Shown one piece after another: positions 11,401 through 22,405 of a DNA stretch of 32,000 nt. The first letter of the stretch is position 1; each line of letters begins with the position of its first letter. The DNA comes from Candidatus Saccharimonadota bacterium (GTDB lineage Bacteria > Patescibacteriota > Gracilibacteria > Absconditabacterales > Absconditicoccaceae): the NCBI GenBank assembly GCA_965231145.1, contig OZ246420.1:930001-962000 (forward strand), written 5' to 3'. The position numbers were made by a program, and so were the translations under genes. Under the pieces are notes generated by a model. It was not told where the DNA came from. It worked only from the letters and a program-made list of their open reading frames with translations, and searched no databases.

Positions 11401-14400
11401 ATCCAGTAAGATTCATACTTGCTCACACACTTACAAAATTAGTCGTTCCATTGAAACGAGCTACATTACCACGAGTAGCATCATTGACTATAACCGTACC
11501 ACTATTTATACCATTATTTCGATTTGCAGAAGAGTCCAAGTAATTACCTTCGAAACGCAGAAAGAATTGAGGATGTGGCACATATACATCTATTGGAGTT
11601 ACATTTATTACACTACTTGCACTACCGGTTCCGACAGTATTGACTGCTGAAACCCTGAAATCATACACTATGTCATTGAACAATCATGTAACTACCACTC
11701 ATGTGTTTGTACTTATACCATCTGACAACACAGTCCATGTTGCTCATGTATTGAACTTATATTCAATTTGGTAATCTGTCACCGGCGAGGCAGCAACAGC
11801 CCCTGACCACGTAATTCTTACCTGCCCACTGACAGCTGCCACTCCTGTAAGGTTCGTTGGAGCAGAAGGTGCAGGAGGCGTTGCTCCATTTTCTCCTGAA
11901 TAAATAGCCGTTATCTGCGCAGGAGTAAGAGCGACATTCCACATTGCAGCATCATCAATATATCATGACCAAAAATTGAGGATTCAGAGGTAACTTCCGA
12001 TATACGTTCCTGTACTTGTTATAGGTCCATGAGGTGCTGTTCCACTTGCTGCATATACACCATTTTTATAGAGATTATATTTTCTGGTTGGATAATCAAA
12101 AGTGATAGCAACATGCACCCATGCTCCACTCGTAAATGTTGCAGAATCATTGACATACGTATTATTAGTATGTCCTCCAGCCAATGAATTATTTACCCAA
12201 AAGAAATTTGCATTAGCATTATTAATAATATTACGAGATGTAAGAGTTGTTCCTGTTGCGGCAAATACCCACGCCGCTTTCGTAAAATTTCCTCCTGACG
12301 TTAAAGGAGCTGGAACCATAACAAAATTGGTTGTTCCGTTGAAACGAGCGACCAATCAACGACCTGGATCATTTATCAATACCGTACCACCATTTACACC
12401 ATCATTTCCATTTGCAGAAGAGTCCATATAATTACCTTCAAAACGCAGGAAGAAGGCAGGTTCTGGAATTGGCGATGGCGCAAGAGTGATAGTACTACTT
12501 GCTGTTCCCGTTGCCACTGAATTAACTGCAGAGACTCTGAAATCATATGAAAGATTATTTATCAGTCACGTTATTGTTACTCATGTGTTTGTACTTATAC
12601 CATCTGACAACACAGTCCATGTTGCTCATGTATTGAACTTATATTCAATTTGGTAATCTGTCACTACAGGATCAGCAGTTACTCCTGACCAACTAAGAAC
12701 CGCCTGCCCACTTCCTCAAATGGCTCCTGTAAAATCTGTTGGAGCATTAGGAGGAGCTATATTTAATCAAAGATTACCTTCATATACTGCCTGCATCTGC
12801 CCCGATGATAACACACCTCTCCACTGCTGCATGTCATCCATATATCCCAGCCATGTACTTACACCAGGGTACCTTCATAGATTGGTACCTACCCCTCCAT
12901 CTGGCGAAGTACCAGCTACACCACTCGCTACATACGCACCATTTTTATACAGTGTATATTTTCTTGTTGCTGCATCAAACGTCTCTGCAACGTGCACCCG
13001 CTGTGCAACAGGAAAAGTAGTAGGGTCGCCAGCAGGTGAAGGTTGACCAGCATGTCCGGCGGTGAGATTTACTGTTCCATTTAGCCACAAAAACGTAGAT
13101 GCATCACCAAAAATCGCTCTAAAATAAAATGTCGGAGACAAAGATCAGAAACCCGTTGTGTATACCCAACCAGCCCTTGAAAACGATCATGTGCCTATTC
13201 CTGTACCAACACTAACAAACGATGCTGACTGAGCATTCTGCCCACCATCAAAAGAGCCGACTTGTCCACGAATCGGTTCTGTGACAACAGTCACTCCTCC
13301 ACTAACAGTACCGTGATTATTATTTGTTGTAGAGTCATTAAAGTTTCAGTTGAATCTCAGAAGAAACTGTGGCTCCGGGACTCATGCTTCAGCTGAAATA
13401 CCTGTACTTGCAAACCCGGCTCCGCTGGCATTGATTGCTGAAACTCTAAAATCGTACGACATGGGACTTATAAGCCCAGTGTTTATGACGACGCCCGTAG
13501 CTGTACTAACGCCATCATTATAAACCTGCCATGATGTTGACGAACCGGTAGTAAATTTATATTCAATCATATAGTCTGTTACGGCAGGCGTCGCTGAAAC
13601 AGGAGCCCAATTTACACGAACTCTTCCATTGGTGATAGAAACCGCTGACACATTTGTTGGTGCTGCAATAGCCCAATTTTGCGCCATCACTTCTTGTATT
13701 TCAGCTTCTGTCAAAACAGCATTCCACATCTGTACATCGTCTATCCACCCACTCCATGAAGAAGCATATGTGATAGCGCCACCTGAAACAGTATTAGTTG
13801 CAATAGCACCAACAACCTGAGCCAAACTAAAGGGATTTATTATACCGGTAGCACTGCTCACCAAGACACCACTCTGATATAGTTTATAATCCTTTGTGAC
13901 CGCATCAAACGTAACCGCCACATGCATCCATTGTCATGTAGGGAAAGCTCATGTTGAAAATACAGGATATATATTACTATTTGGTGGCGGGATATCACGA
14001 GGTCCAGCCTTGAGAGTATAAATACCGGCAGGTCCAGCGAAATTAGAATTGGCAACCGCAAACAAGTCGCTGCTATTTGCTGCATAATAAGAACCTGCAG
14101 CTAAAATGGAATAATTAGGAGCCGTAGGATTCGCTATCCCCAATTTCACCCAGGCCGCTTTTGTATAACTTCAAGAAAGCATGTTGGTAACTCTTACGAA
14201 CGCATCAGCATAGCCTGTAAGCCACAAAACCTTTCCACGAACAGAATCATTGAAAATGAGAGCTCCTGTTCCGGCTGTAGTGGTTTTATTATTTCCACCA
14301 CGATCAGTAAAATCCCCGTTGAAAGGCAGAAAATACGACGGTGCAGGAATAGCAGCATATACTTTTCCTGGTGCAATAGTTATAATTAACGCGAAAAATA

Positions 14401-14470
14401 CCTGGAAACAAAAAATCCCCAATGTTGTTCGTCTTGAAAACATAGATTTCGACTTACGGTTTAGATTCAT
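4871..14470 (-). CDS. Giant secreted cell-surface protein 1 (3,199 aa): signal peptide, 4x(LamG_3-Fn3), SGNH/SASA-like esterase, 12 tandem Fn3, stalk, 3 SLH-like repeats
   Basis: Ten track fragments lie in a single frame: 14171-14470, 13949-14149, 13382-13927, 12875-13141, 11984-12355, 11744-11944, 11423-11683, 7250-7444, 5687-5944 and 4970-5422. All offsets from 4871 are multiples of 3, and 14470-4871+1 = 9600. I hand-scanned every gap codon by codon and found only TGA, no in-frame TAA/TAG. Start is ATG 14468-14470 and stop is TAA 4871-4873. The N-terminus MNLNRKSKSMFSRRTTLGIFCFQVFFALIITIAPGKVYA/AIPAP is a Sec-type signal peptide. Domain evidence is in the sub-features below. Confidence 0.85.
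6305..9545 (-). repeat. Coding tandem array of 12 fibronectin type III domains, period about 270 bp (about 90 aa)
   Basis: Repeat starts fall near 9540, 9270, 9000, 8730, 8460, 8190, 7900, 7640, 7370, 7100, 6830 and 6560. Each unit reads like (V)PNAPTNVxAxxxSGQAxVSFxxPxxxGGSxIxYYxVTSSPGNISxTGTGSPITxTGLTNGxxYTFTVxAxNxxGTGxxS. A 13th, divergent purple-acid-phosphatase-type Fn3 follows at about 6010-6300 (WETT..IQYS..YG..THSGSISGL..TTYTYRF..FTT). Confidence 0.85.
9550..10690 (-). other. SGNH / sialate-O-acetylesterase (SASA, DUF303)-like carbohydrate esterase domain plus C-terminal beta-sandwich, embedded in giant protein 1 (approximate bounds)
   Basis: The translation reads YYHILSNGESLSYG (GDSL/GQSN-type nucleophile block), IVVGLHGANASYS, AVTIVHGESDA (QGESD-type block), LSAHKNNPGKIILVGP, DKVRLTSTSSKHVGEMFAKVI, then ...GGNIRDSDESVSLASNSTGLPLYNWSITFE. 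I recognise these motifs by eye only. No equivalent segment exists in giant protein 2. Confidence 0.45.
10700..14360 (-). repeat. Four LamG_3 (concanavalin-A-like lectin) domains alternating with four Fn3 domains, module period about 880-900 bp
   Basis: Each LamG reads FxGxxxFVxVxxxLxxxFTKAAWV...G/W-VHVAxTFDxxTxKYxLYKNGVxVASG...G-YIDDxxxWNxxLTxxQIxAxY. Each Fn3 reads APTNxxxxxxxGxVxxxWSxxxxxPVTDYQIEYKFxT..W.....STxT...ITGL....YDFRVSAVN. Segments 11697-11782 and 12579-12664 are an identical 86-nt stretch. Confidence 0.8.
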
Positions 14471-14508
14471 TCTCTATTCGATCACTAATAATGTATAATA
14501 CAAAATAA

Positions 14509-14536
14509 GTAATAAGAATCTGCTCTGCGATGTCAA
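14509..14536 (-). promoter_or_regulatory. Sigma-70-like promoter of giant gene 1
   Basis: The minus strand has TTGACA (14536-14531), a 16-nt spacer, then TATTAC (14514-14509), about 35 nt upstream of ATG 14470. The -10 context TTCTTATTACTT also appears upstream of giant gene 2. Confidence 0.4.
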
Positions 14537-14589
14537 TCAATTCATGGTAACATCAGTGTAATAAAGAGTCTTTTCTCGCAATTCATGAG

Positions 14590-14615
14590 AAAAACTCCCT
14601 CAACGGGAGTTTTTC
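14590..14615 (-). terminator. Intrinsic terminator of giant gene 2
   Basis: The minus strand reads AAAAACTCCC-gttga-GGGAGTTTTT. On the + strand this is ACTCCC 14594-14599 and GGGAGT 14605-14610. It begins 2 nt after the TAA at 14618-14620. Confidence 0.7.
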
Positions 14616-14617
14616 TG

Positions 14618-17600
14618 TTACCTACTTTCTTTCTCTAGTTTCTGTGCCAGTCTGTACAGAGTGAGGAATGGCACAAACCTTTGCGCTTTCACCATTGGTT
14701 CCTTTCTGTTGATCAATCATTCTGAATACAGCTTCTCCATATGATACTCATAGAATGGATGTTCTTCACTTTCCACATTCGTCTGCTCGTACGTTTTACC
14801 ATACAGCATTCTTGAAAGCACAGTCATATACTCTCCTCTTGTTAATATATCATTTGGTCTTGTCATATTCATCAGTCCTAACTGACATGCCTGGATCATA
14901 TATGCTGCTAGTCCGTCCGGATCTTCTCCTGTAAACGTACATTGCTTACTCTTATCTGGCAGCTTGCCCATAATATTTTTTGCAAACTCTCCCATGATCT
15001 TCGCAAGCTGCGCTCTCGTGATCTGATCGTAGTAACGTGCCTGCATGAATGTAGGCATCGTCGTTGACCCAATAGCACGATTGAAGCAGTATGATTGATG
15101 CTCTTCTCCATTTTGTGTTGTACATTTGTTCAACGCGAGGCGAAGTATACCATCTTCAAGATTCGGAAGACCTATGCTACTACATGTTCCATCATAATAA
15201 CTCAGTGAGTAATCTCCGTTTGGACACACATCCTTCGTCAGATACACTCATCCTCCTCCTCATGCAGATTGTACCGATGGAGTTGTGGCTAATGGCACTC
15301 CAAAAATCGTGAAGTTTGAAAAGTGCGTTGTGTCACATGTTACCGTCTTCGCTATCGTATCTACTGAACAATTATCCAGCTCTGACCAGCTTGTTCCATT
15401 GTGACTATAGATCTTCAACGTACTTTCATCTACTCCATCCACATCCTGATCGCGATAACTTAACGTCATCGTCAATCATGTATCAAAGTTCGTCACACGT
15501 ACTGTATCTCCACTATATGCTTGCAAGTCATACAATGCTCCTACTTGAATAAGCGATGGATTAGGCTTTCACAATTCATTTATTGCCGCATCTGCATCAA
15601 GTTGCTTTCCTTGGAAAACAACGAGTGGAATAGAACTCAGTACATCAGCAGAGATAATCATATCAAGCGTTGTTCCTATATCTGCTGTCATACTAAACAA
15701 ACCTCCTACCGGGACATCTATAATTTTTTGCTCCTGATTGACAATATTTGAGTTGTTTGCACAGCCTAATGTCGTAAAAGTTTGATTTGCTCATGTGTAG
15801 CGATTCCCGAACAGATCGGAGCCGACAAATCTATAGTTATAAGTTGTACAAGCAAATAAGTTCGCAATAAACCCACTATGAGATGTGACGCGAGTTGAAA
15901 CATCTCTCTCTATACTCTGAAGTCAATAGCCTGTTAATATACTATACTGTATCTGAGTCGACGCAGGGACTGTCGTAACCCAATTGAAGATCATATTCGT
16001 ATTTCACGTCATATTGGCCATTCAACTTGCGTACGCCGCTAGAATATTAGGCATAGCCTGTACTGATCCGCCTGGCCCTTCTCCCTGAGCATTCACTGCT
16101 GAGATAAAGAAGGTATAGAGCTCTCCATTGGTAATTCATGTAAGAGTTAAAGAGGTGGTTGCTCCTGTCTTAATAAGCATTCCTGTTATAGATCTTATTC
16201 TATAATAGTCAATAAGCAATCATCCATTATCTAATGGTGCTGCGAACGTAAAGACAACACCTCCACTTCCTACTCTCGCGACTATATCCAAAGGCTCTGA
16301 ACCTGGCGCCGTTGTTGGTGTGGTAATAGTCAACGTTACCGCGCCACTCGCGCCTTCTCACTGTGCATTTACTGCTGACACAAAGAATGTATGGGTTGTA
16401 CCATTGATAAATCATGTTACTGTCATTGGACTTGTTGATGATGAGGCGACAATCAATCATGTCATCGATCTGATTCTATATGACAATATCTCTGATCATC
16501 CACTCGTCAACGGCGCATCAAACTCAAATATCGCTTCTCCATTGGTCCCGGCTGCTTCAATGTTCTGTGGCACTCATGGCACCGTCACCGGCGTCACACT
16601 ATTTGATGGTGCACTTGAAACACCAGTTCACAATGCTGTTCTTGCCGTTACCACAAAGGCATACGACACTCAATTAGTAAGACCATCAATTAAAATAGGA
16701 CTTGATAGACCGGTAAATGCTATATCTCCCGACGTAGACGTAACTATATAATATAATATTGGCGAACCACCATCATCTGTTGAGCCAACGAATGAAACCA
16801 CGGCAGATTCATTTCAGGTAGCAGCCATAACACTTGTTGGAGCGTTTGGTATGGTAAATGGCGTCACACTATTTGAGCCAGTACTCAATGCGCCTGTTCA
16901 TGCTCAATTGACTGCGTAAACAGTGAACGTATACGACAATCCATTAGTCAATCAGGTGAGGATTATTGGGCTTCCCGTTCACGTAAATGATATATTTCCT
17001 GGAGACGAAGTAACAACATAGTAAAGTATATCTGAACCTCATGTATAGGTTGGCGCGACAAACGAGACTATTGCCTCCTGATTTCAGCCTACTGCAGAAA
17101 TACCCGTTGGCGCATTTGGTGTACTTATCGGCGTCACACTATTTGAGCCTGTACTCAATGTCCCTGTTCACGCTCCATTGATTGCGGCGATCCTAAAAAC
17201 ATAGGTTACACCATTGGTCAATCACGATACCGTGATGGGACTTCCAGTCCCGGTAAATATAATATTTCCTGTATTTGCCGTAAGCCTGTAATAGAGAATA
17301 TCTGATCAACCACTATACGTTGAGCCACTAAACGACACAACTGCTTGTCAGCTACTTACGACTGCAACAATATTTGTCGGCGCATTTGGCAATCCTGCCG
17401 GCACTATAGCATTTGACGGCCCACCAATTGAACCAAATCACACCGCATTTCTTGCCACGACAGTAAATGTATACGATACTCCATTTGTCAGACCGCTCAT
17501 GATAATAGAGGTTCCCGAACCAGCTTGCATAAAACCTCATGGCGACGACGCAGCTATATATTCTATAATACCCGTTCCCCCATTATTTGCAGGAGGATCA

Positions 17601-20600
17601 AAAGAAATTATTGCATAACCACTTCAAGGCGCAGCCGTAATATTTTGCGTGACATGTGGTACAGAGACGGGAACAACATTGTTTGAAGCTGCACTTCGCG
17701 CACCTGTTCATGCTCCATTGACCGCTGCAACACTGAAAGTATATCCACTACCATTTGTGAGTCAGTTTACGGTAATTGGACTATCAAATCATGTAAAGAT
17801 AATACTTCCTGGAGAACCAGTGAGCACATAGTAAAGTATGTCTGAACCTCATGTATAAGTTGGCGCAACAAATGAGACAAGAGCCTGCCCACTACTTACT
17901 GTCACCGCTATACTCGTCGGCGCATTTGGAGCTCAAACAGGAACCACGCTATTGGAAACACTACTTCGTTCTCATGTTCATGCGCCATTTACCGCCACTA
18001 TTCTAAATGTATATGTCGTTCCATTGGTCAATCATGTCACCGTTATCGGACTTCCATTTCACGTTAGCACTATTCCTCATGGCGCTCATGTCAGAACATA
18101 GTATGAAATATTTGAGCCTCACGTATACGTTGGTGCAGCAAACGAAATGATTGCTTGTCAGCTACTTCACGTCCCCAACAAACTTGTCGGTGCATTTGGT
18201 GTACTTATTGGTGTCACACTATTTGAGCCGCTACTTCGTTCTCATGTTCATGCGCCGTTTACTGCCGCTACTCTAAATGTATATGTCACTCCATTCGTCA
18301 GTCATGTAATTGTCATCGGATTACCATTTCAGGTCACCAGAATATTTCCTGGTGATCACGAAAACACATAATACATGATTGATGATCATCCATTATATAC
18401 TGGCGCAGTGAATGACAATATTGCTTGCCCACTCGATCCTGTTGCTACCACACTTGTTGGCGCATTTGCGATACCCATTGGAACAACGCTATTTGATCAA
18501 GTACTCGGCGTTCCGACACCGATACCATTGACTGCTGTTACCGTGAAAACATACGAAATCCCGTTAGTCAGTCATGTTATCGTGATAGGACTTCATGTTC
18601 ATGTAAATGAAATATCACCTGTGGATGACGTTACTACATAGTAGAGAATTGTCGAATTTCCGCTGTCCGTAGAACCACTAAACGAAACTATTGCTTGTCC
18701 ACTACTCGCCGTCGCCACGATATTAGTAGGAGCATTTGGAACAGTTGGGATAATCACTCATAATGCAGCTCCTTCATATAAAGCCTGGATTTGCAATGGC
18801 GTTAACACACTATCCCACATCTCTGCGTCATCTATGTATCAGCTCCAGTTAGAAGTATTGTATGCACCAACTGTCGTTCACGTACTACTCAATGGCAACT
18901 GACTAGCTATATTACCCGTCACAAACACTCCATTTTTATAAATTCTATGCATACGAGTAGCCGAGTCAAAAGTCGATGCTATATGCACCCACTGTCACAG
19001 CGGAAATGTAGCAGGATCTGTTGCGGATATTGTGATAAATCAACCCACAAAATTTCCAACAACTAATTTTCAGACAGTGGTTGCAAGATAGTCGGACAAA
19101 CTTCCGCCAAAACCGGCATTGGATATAATACCACGCAAACTAGTCATATTTGTACCTACAGGAGCATAGACCCATGCAGCCTTCGTAAAATTTGATGGTA
19201 AAGGAACAGGAACAGCTACATAACTTGTCGTTCCATTGAAACGTCACACCTGCCCACGAACTTCGTCTGTCACTATCGTCGCTCAATTGTTGATACCATG
19301 CTTATTATGACTTGTTGAATCTTGATAGTCTCACTCAAAACGCAACAGAAATAGTGGTTCAGGAACACCTATTGGATTAGTCATTCACGTAACACTGCTG
19401 GCTGCACCTGTACCTATAATATTTACGGCTGACACCCTAAAATCATAAGATAAATAGTTTGTCAGTCCCGTAATCGACACAGACAATCATGTGCTTATAC
19501 CATCAGAGAGTGTCGTCCATGTCGATCATGTGCTTATTTTATATTCTATCTGGTAATCCGTCGCTGATGGAATTGCTGCTGCTCCTGACCATGATAATAT
19601 TACCAATCAACTAGTCGCCGACGTTGTTGTCAAATTTAAAGGAGCGCTGGGGATCCCGTTTACTTGAACACCGACATTTCCTTGATATAAAGCCTGGATT
19701 TGCGATGGTGTTAACACACTATCCCACATCTCTGCGTCATCTATGTATCAGCTCCAGTTAGAACTTGCACCGTACGCACCAACTATCGTTCACGTACTAC
19801 TCAATGGCAACTGACTAGCTATATTACCCGTCACAAACACTCCATTTTTATAAATTCTATGCATACGAGTAGCCGAATCAAAGGTTGATGCTATATGCAC
19901 CCACTGTCACAGCGGAAATGTAGCAGGATCCGCTGCGGATATTCTATTTGCTCAACCTGCAGTAAAATTTCCGGCAGTTAGTTTTCAAACAAGAACGGAA
20001 AGATAGTCAGATAACATTACATTGGATATAATACCATGGAAACTACTCACATTTGTACCTACCGGAGCATAGACCCATGCAGCCTTCGTAAAATTTGATG
20101 GTAGCGGAGCAGCAACACCTACATAGCTTGTCGTTCCATTGAAACGCCCCACTTGTCCACGGTCTCCGTCTGCCACTATCGTCGCTCAGTTGTTGGTAGT
20201 AGCCTTTCATATTACATCAGAGTAGTCTCACTCAAAACGCAACAGAAAGCTCGGCATAGGGACAAAAGTAGTTCTTCAGGTAGCTACACTACTTACGCTA
20301 CCCGTCCCACTTGCATTAATCGCAGACACCCTAAAATCATATAAAAGGTCATTTATCAATCATGTGATAAATCATGTTGTATTTGCAGAAACACCATCAG
20401 AGTGTGTTGTCCATATTGATCATGTACTTATTTTATATTCTAAAGAATAGTCTGTGACTGGGAGTGTTGCAGAAACACCTGACCATGACAACAATACTAC
20501 TCCAGAAAACTGAGAAAGTGCAGTCACATTGGTTGGCGCACTTGGAAGAGAGACATCGACTCATAAATTTCCTTCATAAACCGCCAATATCTGAGTTTCA

Positions 20601-22243
20601 TTGAGAACACTATTCCACGAGGCAACATTATCCATATATCCTCACCGTGAAAAATTACCGGCATAGTATCCGATTCTCATACCGGTATTTGCAGCGGGAA
20701 GTCATGGAGATACTCAGCTTGCAACATACACACCATTTTTATAGAGAGTATATTTCTGAGAAACAGGATCAAAAGTCTCAGCAACATGTACCCACTCTCC
20801 TGTTACAAAGTTATCAGGATCTGAGGCATATGTTACTCCTACACCAGCTGGCACGTGTCATACCGATAATTTTCATGCATTCACATACATAAAATTTGAT
20901 GACGATCATCCATACGCATCGTGTCAAAATATGAAACGGAAATTGGGAGAGATACCTGTAGCAACCATAACCCAACCAGCCTTCGTAAAACCTGTTGTTC
21001 ATAAGGGAGCTGGAACAGTAATTGATACATCTGCTCCTGTAAAGTATGCAACTAGTCAACGAGTTCCATCTGTTACGATACTCACACCAGAGCTTATACC
21101 ATGAAAACCGCGAGATGAAGAATCGTTATAATTTCCTTCAAAAGGCAAGATAAATTGTGGCTCGGGAACCGCAGCCCATGCTGCTGTACCCGAAACGATA
21201 CTACTTGCAGAACTAGTTCCGCTTGCGTTGATTGCAGATACTCTAAAATCATATGTCATACCCGTAATAAGAGACGTCACACTTCATGTATATCTTGTGT
21301 TTACTCCATCTGAAAAAACATTCCAGCCTCATCCTGTAGTAAATTTATATTCAATTTGATAATCTGTCACACTTGGCGCTACCGAAACAGGCGTCCAACG
21401 AAGATTTACTCTTCCATTTGTAGTCGTGGTTACTCTTAAACCTAGAGGAGCACTTGGCAAGGAAGGCGTAATACCATCTCCATTATTTTGATTCATCACC
21501 TCGACTATCTGCAATGCAGTCAGTGCACCAGACCAGAGTTGTACATCATCCATTTGTCAGCTCCAGTTATGGGCGATGTTATTTTCATCAGCAGCAAAAG
21601 CTCCAATTACCTGTTTTGTACTGCTTGGGGCTGTCGTTGTTCCCGTAGATATACCAACCAAGACACCACTCTGGTAGAGCGAGTATTGTTTTGTCGCAGC
21701 ATCATAAGTTACCGCCACATGCGTCCATTGTCATGTGGTGAAGGTACCAGTACTTTGAACACCATTTGCTGTAGTATTATTGAGTGGTCATGCTTTCAAC
21801 GTCCAGTTAGAAACTCCTCAAAGCAGATTAGTCGCGACCCAAAAAAAGTCACTATTTCATCATAAAGTGGTTCCATTGGACAAAATACCATAGTTTTGAG
21901 TATAGTTAGCAACTCCTAATTTAACCCATGCAGATTTTGTATAACTTGGCGGAAGAGAGTTGGTCACACTTATATAAGAGATATTTGTCCCTCCAATAAG
22001 ATTTAATACTTTTCCACGTACCGGATCTGTCACAATAGACGCACCCGTACCCACCACAACAGGCTTATCATTACCCGAGTGATCGATAAAATCACCATTA
22101 AACGGAAAAAGATACATCGGTGTAGGCACCGCTGCATACACTTTTGCAGGCATAATAGTTATACCCAATGCAAAAAATATATAAAAACAAAAAATAGCCA
22201 ATATAGTCCAGCCCGAAAATGTGCGTGGGGGCTTATGATTCAT
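14618..22243 (-). CDS. Giant secreted cell-surface protein 2 (2,541 aa), tandem paralog of protein 1 without the esterase domain
   Basis: Track fragments 21860-22264, 21329-21553, 21056-21280, 19985-20176, 15260-15475 and 14717-15247 lie in one frame (offsets from 14618 are multiples of 3). I hand-scanned 15421-19990, 20161-21060, 21241-21330 and 21541-21860 and found only TGA, no in-frame TAA/TAG. ATG 22241-22243 (MNHKPPRTFSGWTILAIFCFYIFFALGITIMPAKVYA/AVPTP, aligning with the protein 1 signal peptide) is preferred over the TTG at 22264. Stop is TAA 14618-14620. Confidence 0.85.
16050..18765 (-). repeat. Coding tandem array of about 10 Fn3 domains, period about 270 bp
   Basis: The + strand landmark (c)ttgt(c/t)gg(c/t)gcatttgg recurs near 16840, 17110, 17380, 17920, 18190, 18460 and 18730. 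Minus-frame translation gives the same PNAPTN...SGQA..SF...YY..TSS.G.IS.TGTGSPIT.TGLTNG..Y.F.V.A.N..G.G units as in gene 1. Confidence 0.8.
18766..22130 (-). repeat. Four LamG_3 domains with three interleaved Fn3 domains (module period about 900-910 bp)
   Basis: Motifs match gene 1: FTKAAWVYAPVG, QWVHIASTFDSATRMHRIYKNGVFV, G-YIDDAEMWDSVLTP.QIQALY, TDYQIEYKISTG..W, YDFRVSAVN. Modules at about 18781-19330 and about 19691-20240 are near-identical at the nucleotide level. Confidence 0.8.
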
Positions 22244-22288
22244 ATCTTTTATTCTGTCTACCAAATAAACGAAAATCTACTATCTCAA

Positions 22289-22316
22289 GTAATAAGAAAA
22301 CCCATAACTATTTCAA
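22289..22316 (-). promoter_or_regulatory. Sigma-70-like promoter of giant gene 2
   Basis: The minus strand has TTGAAA (22316-22311), a 16-nt spacer, then TATTAC (22294-22289) within TTTTCTTATTACTT. This is the same architecture and -10 context as upstream of giant gene 1. Confidence 0.4.
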
Positions 22317-22353
22317 CGGTTTGTCACAAAAAAAGACATTTTTCTCAAATAAG

Positions 22354-22379
22354 AAAAACACTTCCGAAGAAGCGTTTTT
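22354..22379. terminator. Terminator-like hairpin downstream of the RRM gene
   Basis: AAAAA, ACACTTC (22358-22364), cgaa, GAAGCGT (22369-22375), TTTTT. The stem pairs 6 of 7 positions. Runs on both sides fit termination of the minus-strand RRM transcript. Confidence 0.55.
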
Positions 22380-22405
22380 CATAGACGTCTTATAGTAAGG
22401 TGAAA

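Noticed and set aside
18781-20240. A diversity-generating retroelement (template/variable repeat pair) acting on the near-identical LamG modules.
   Set aside because: No reverse transcriptase gene is in the window. Both copies are in-frame coding modules, and the differences I could see are not restricted to adenine positions.
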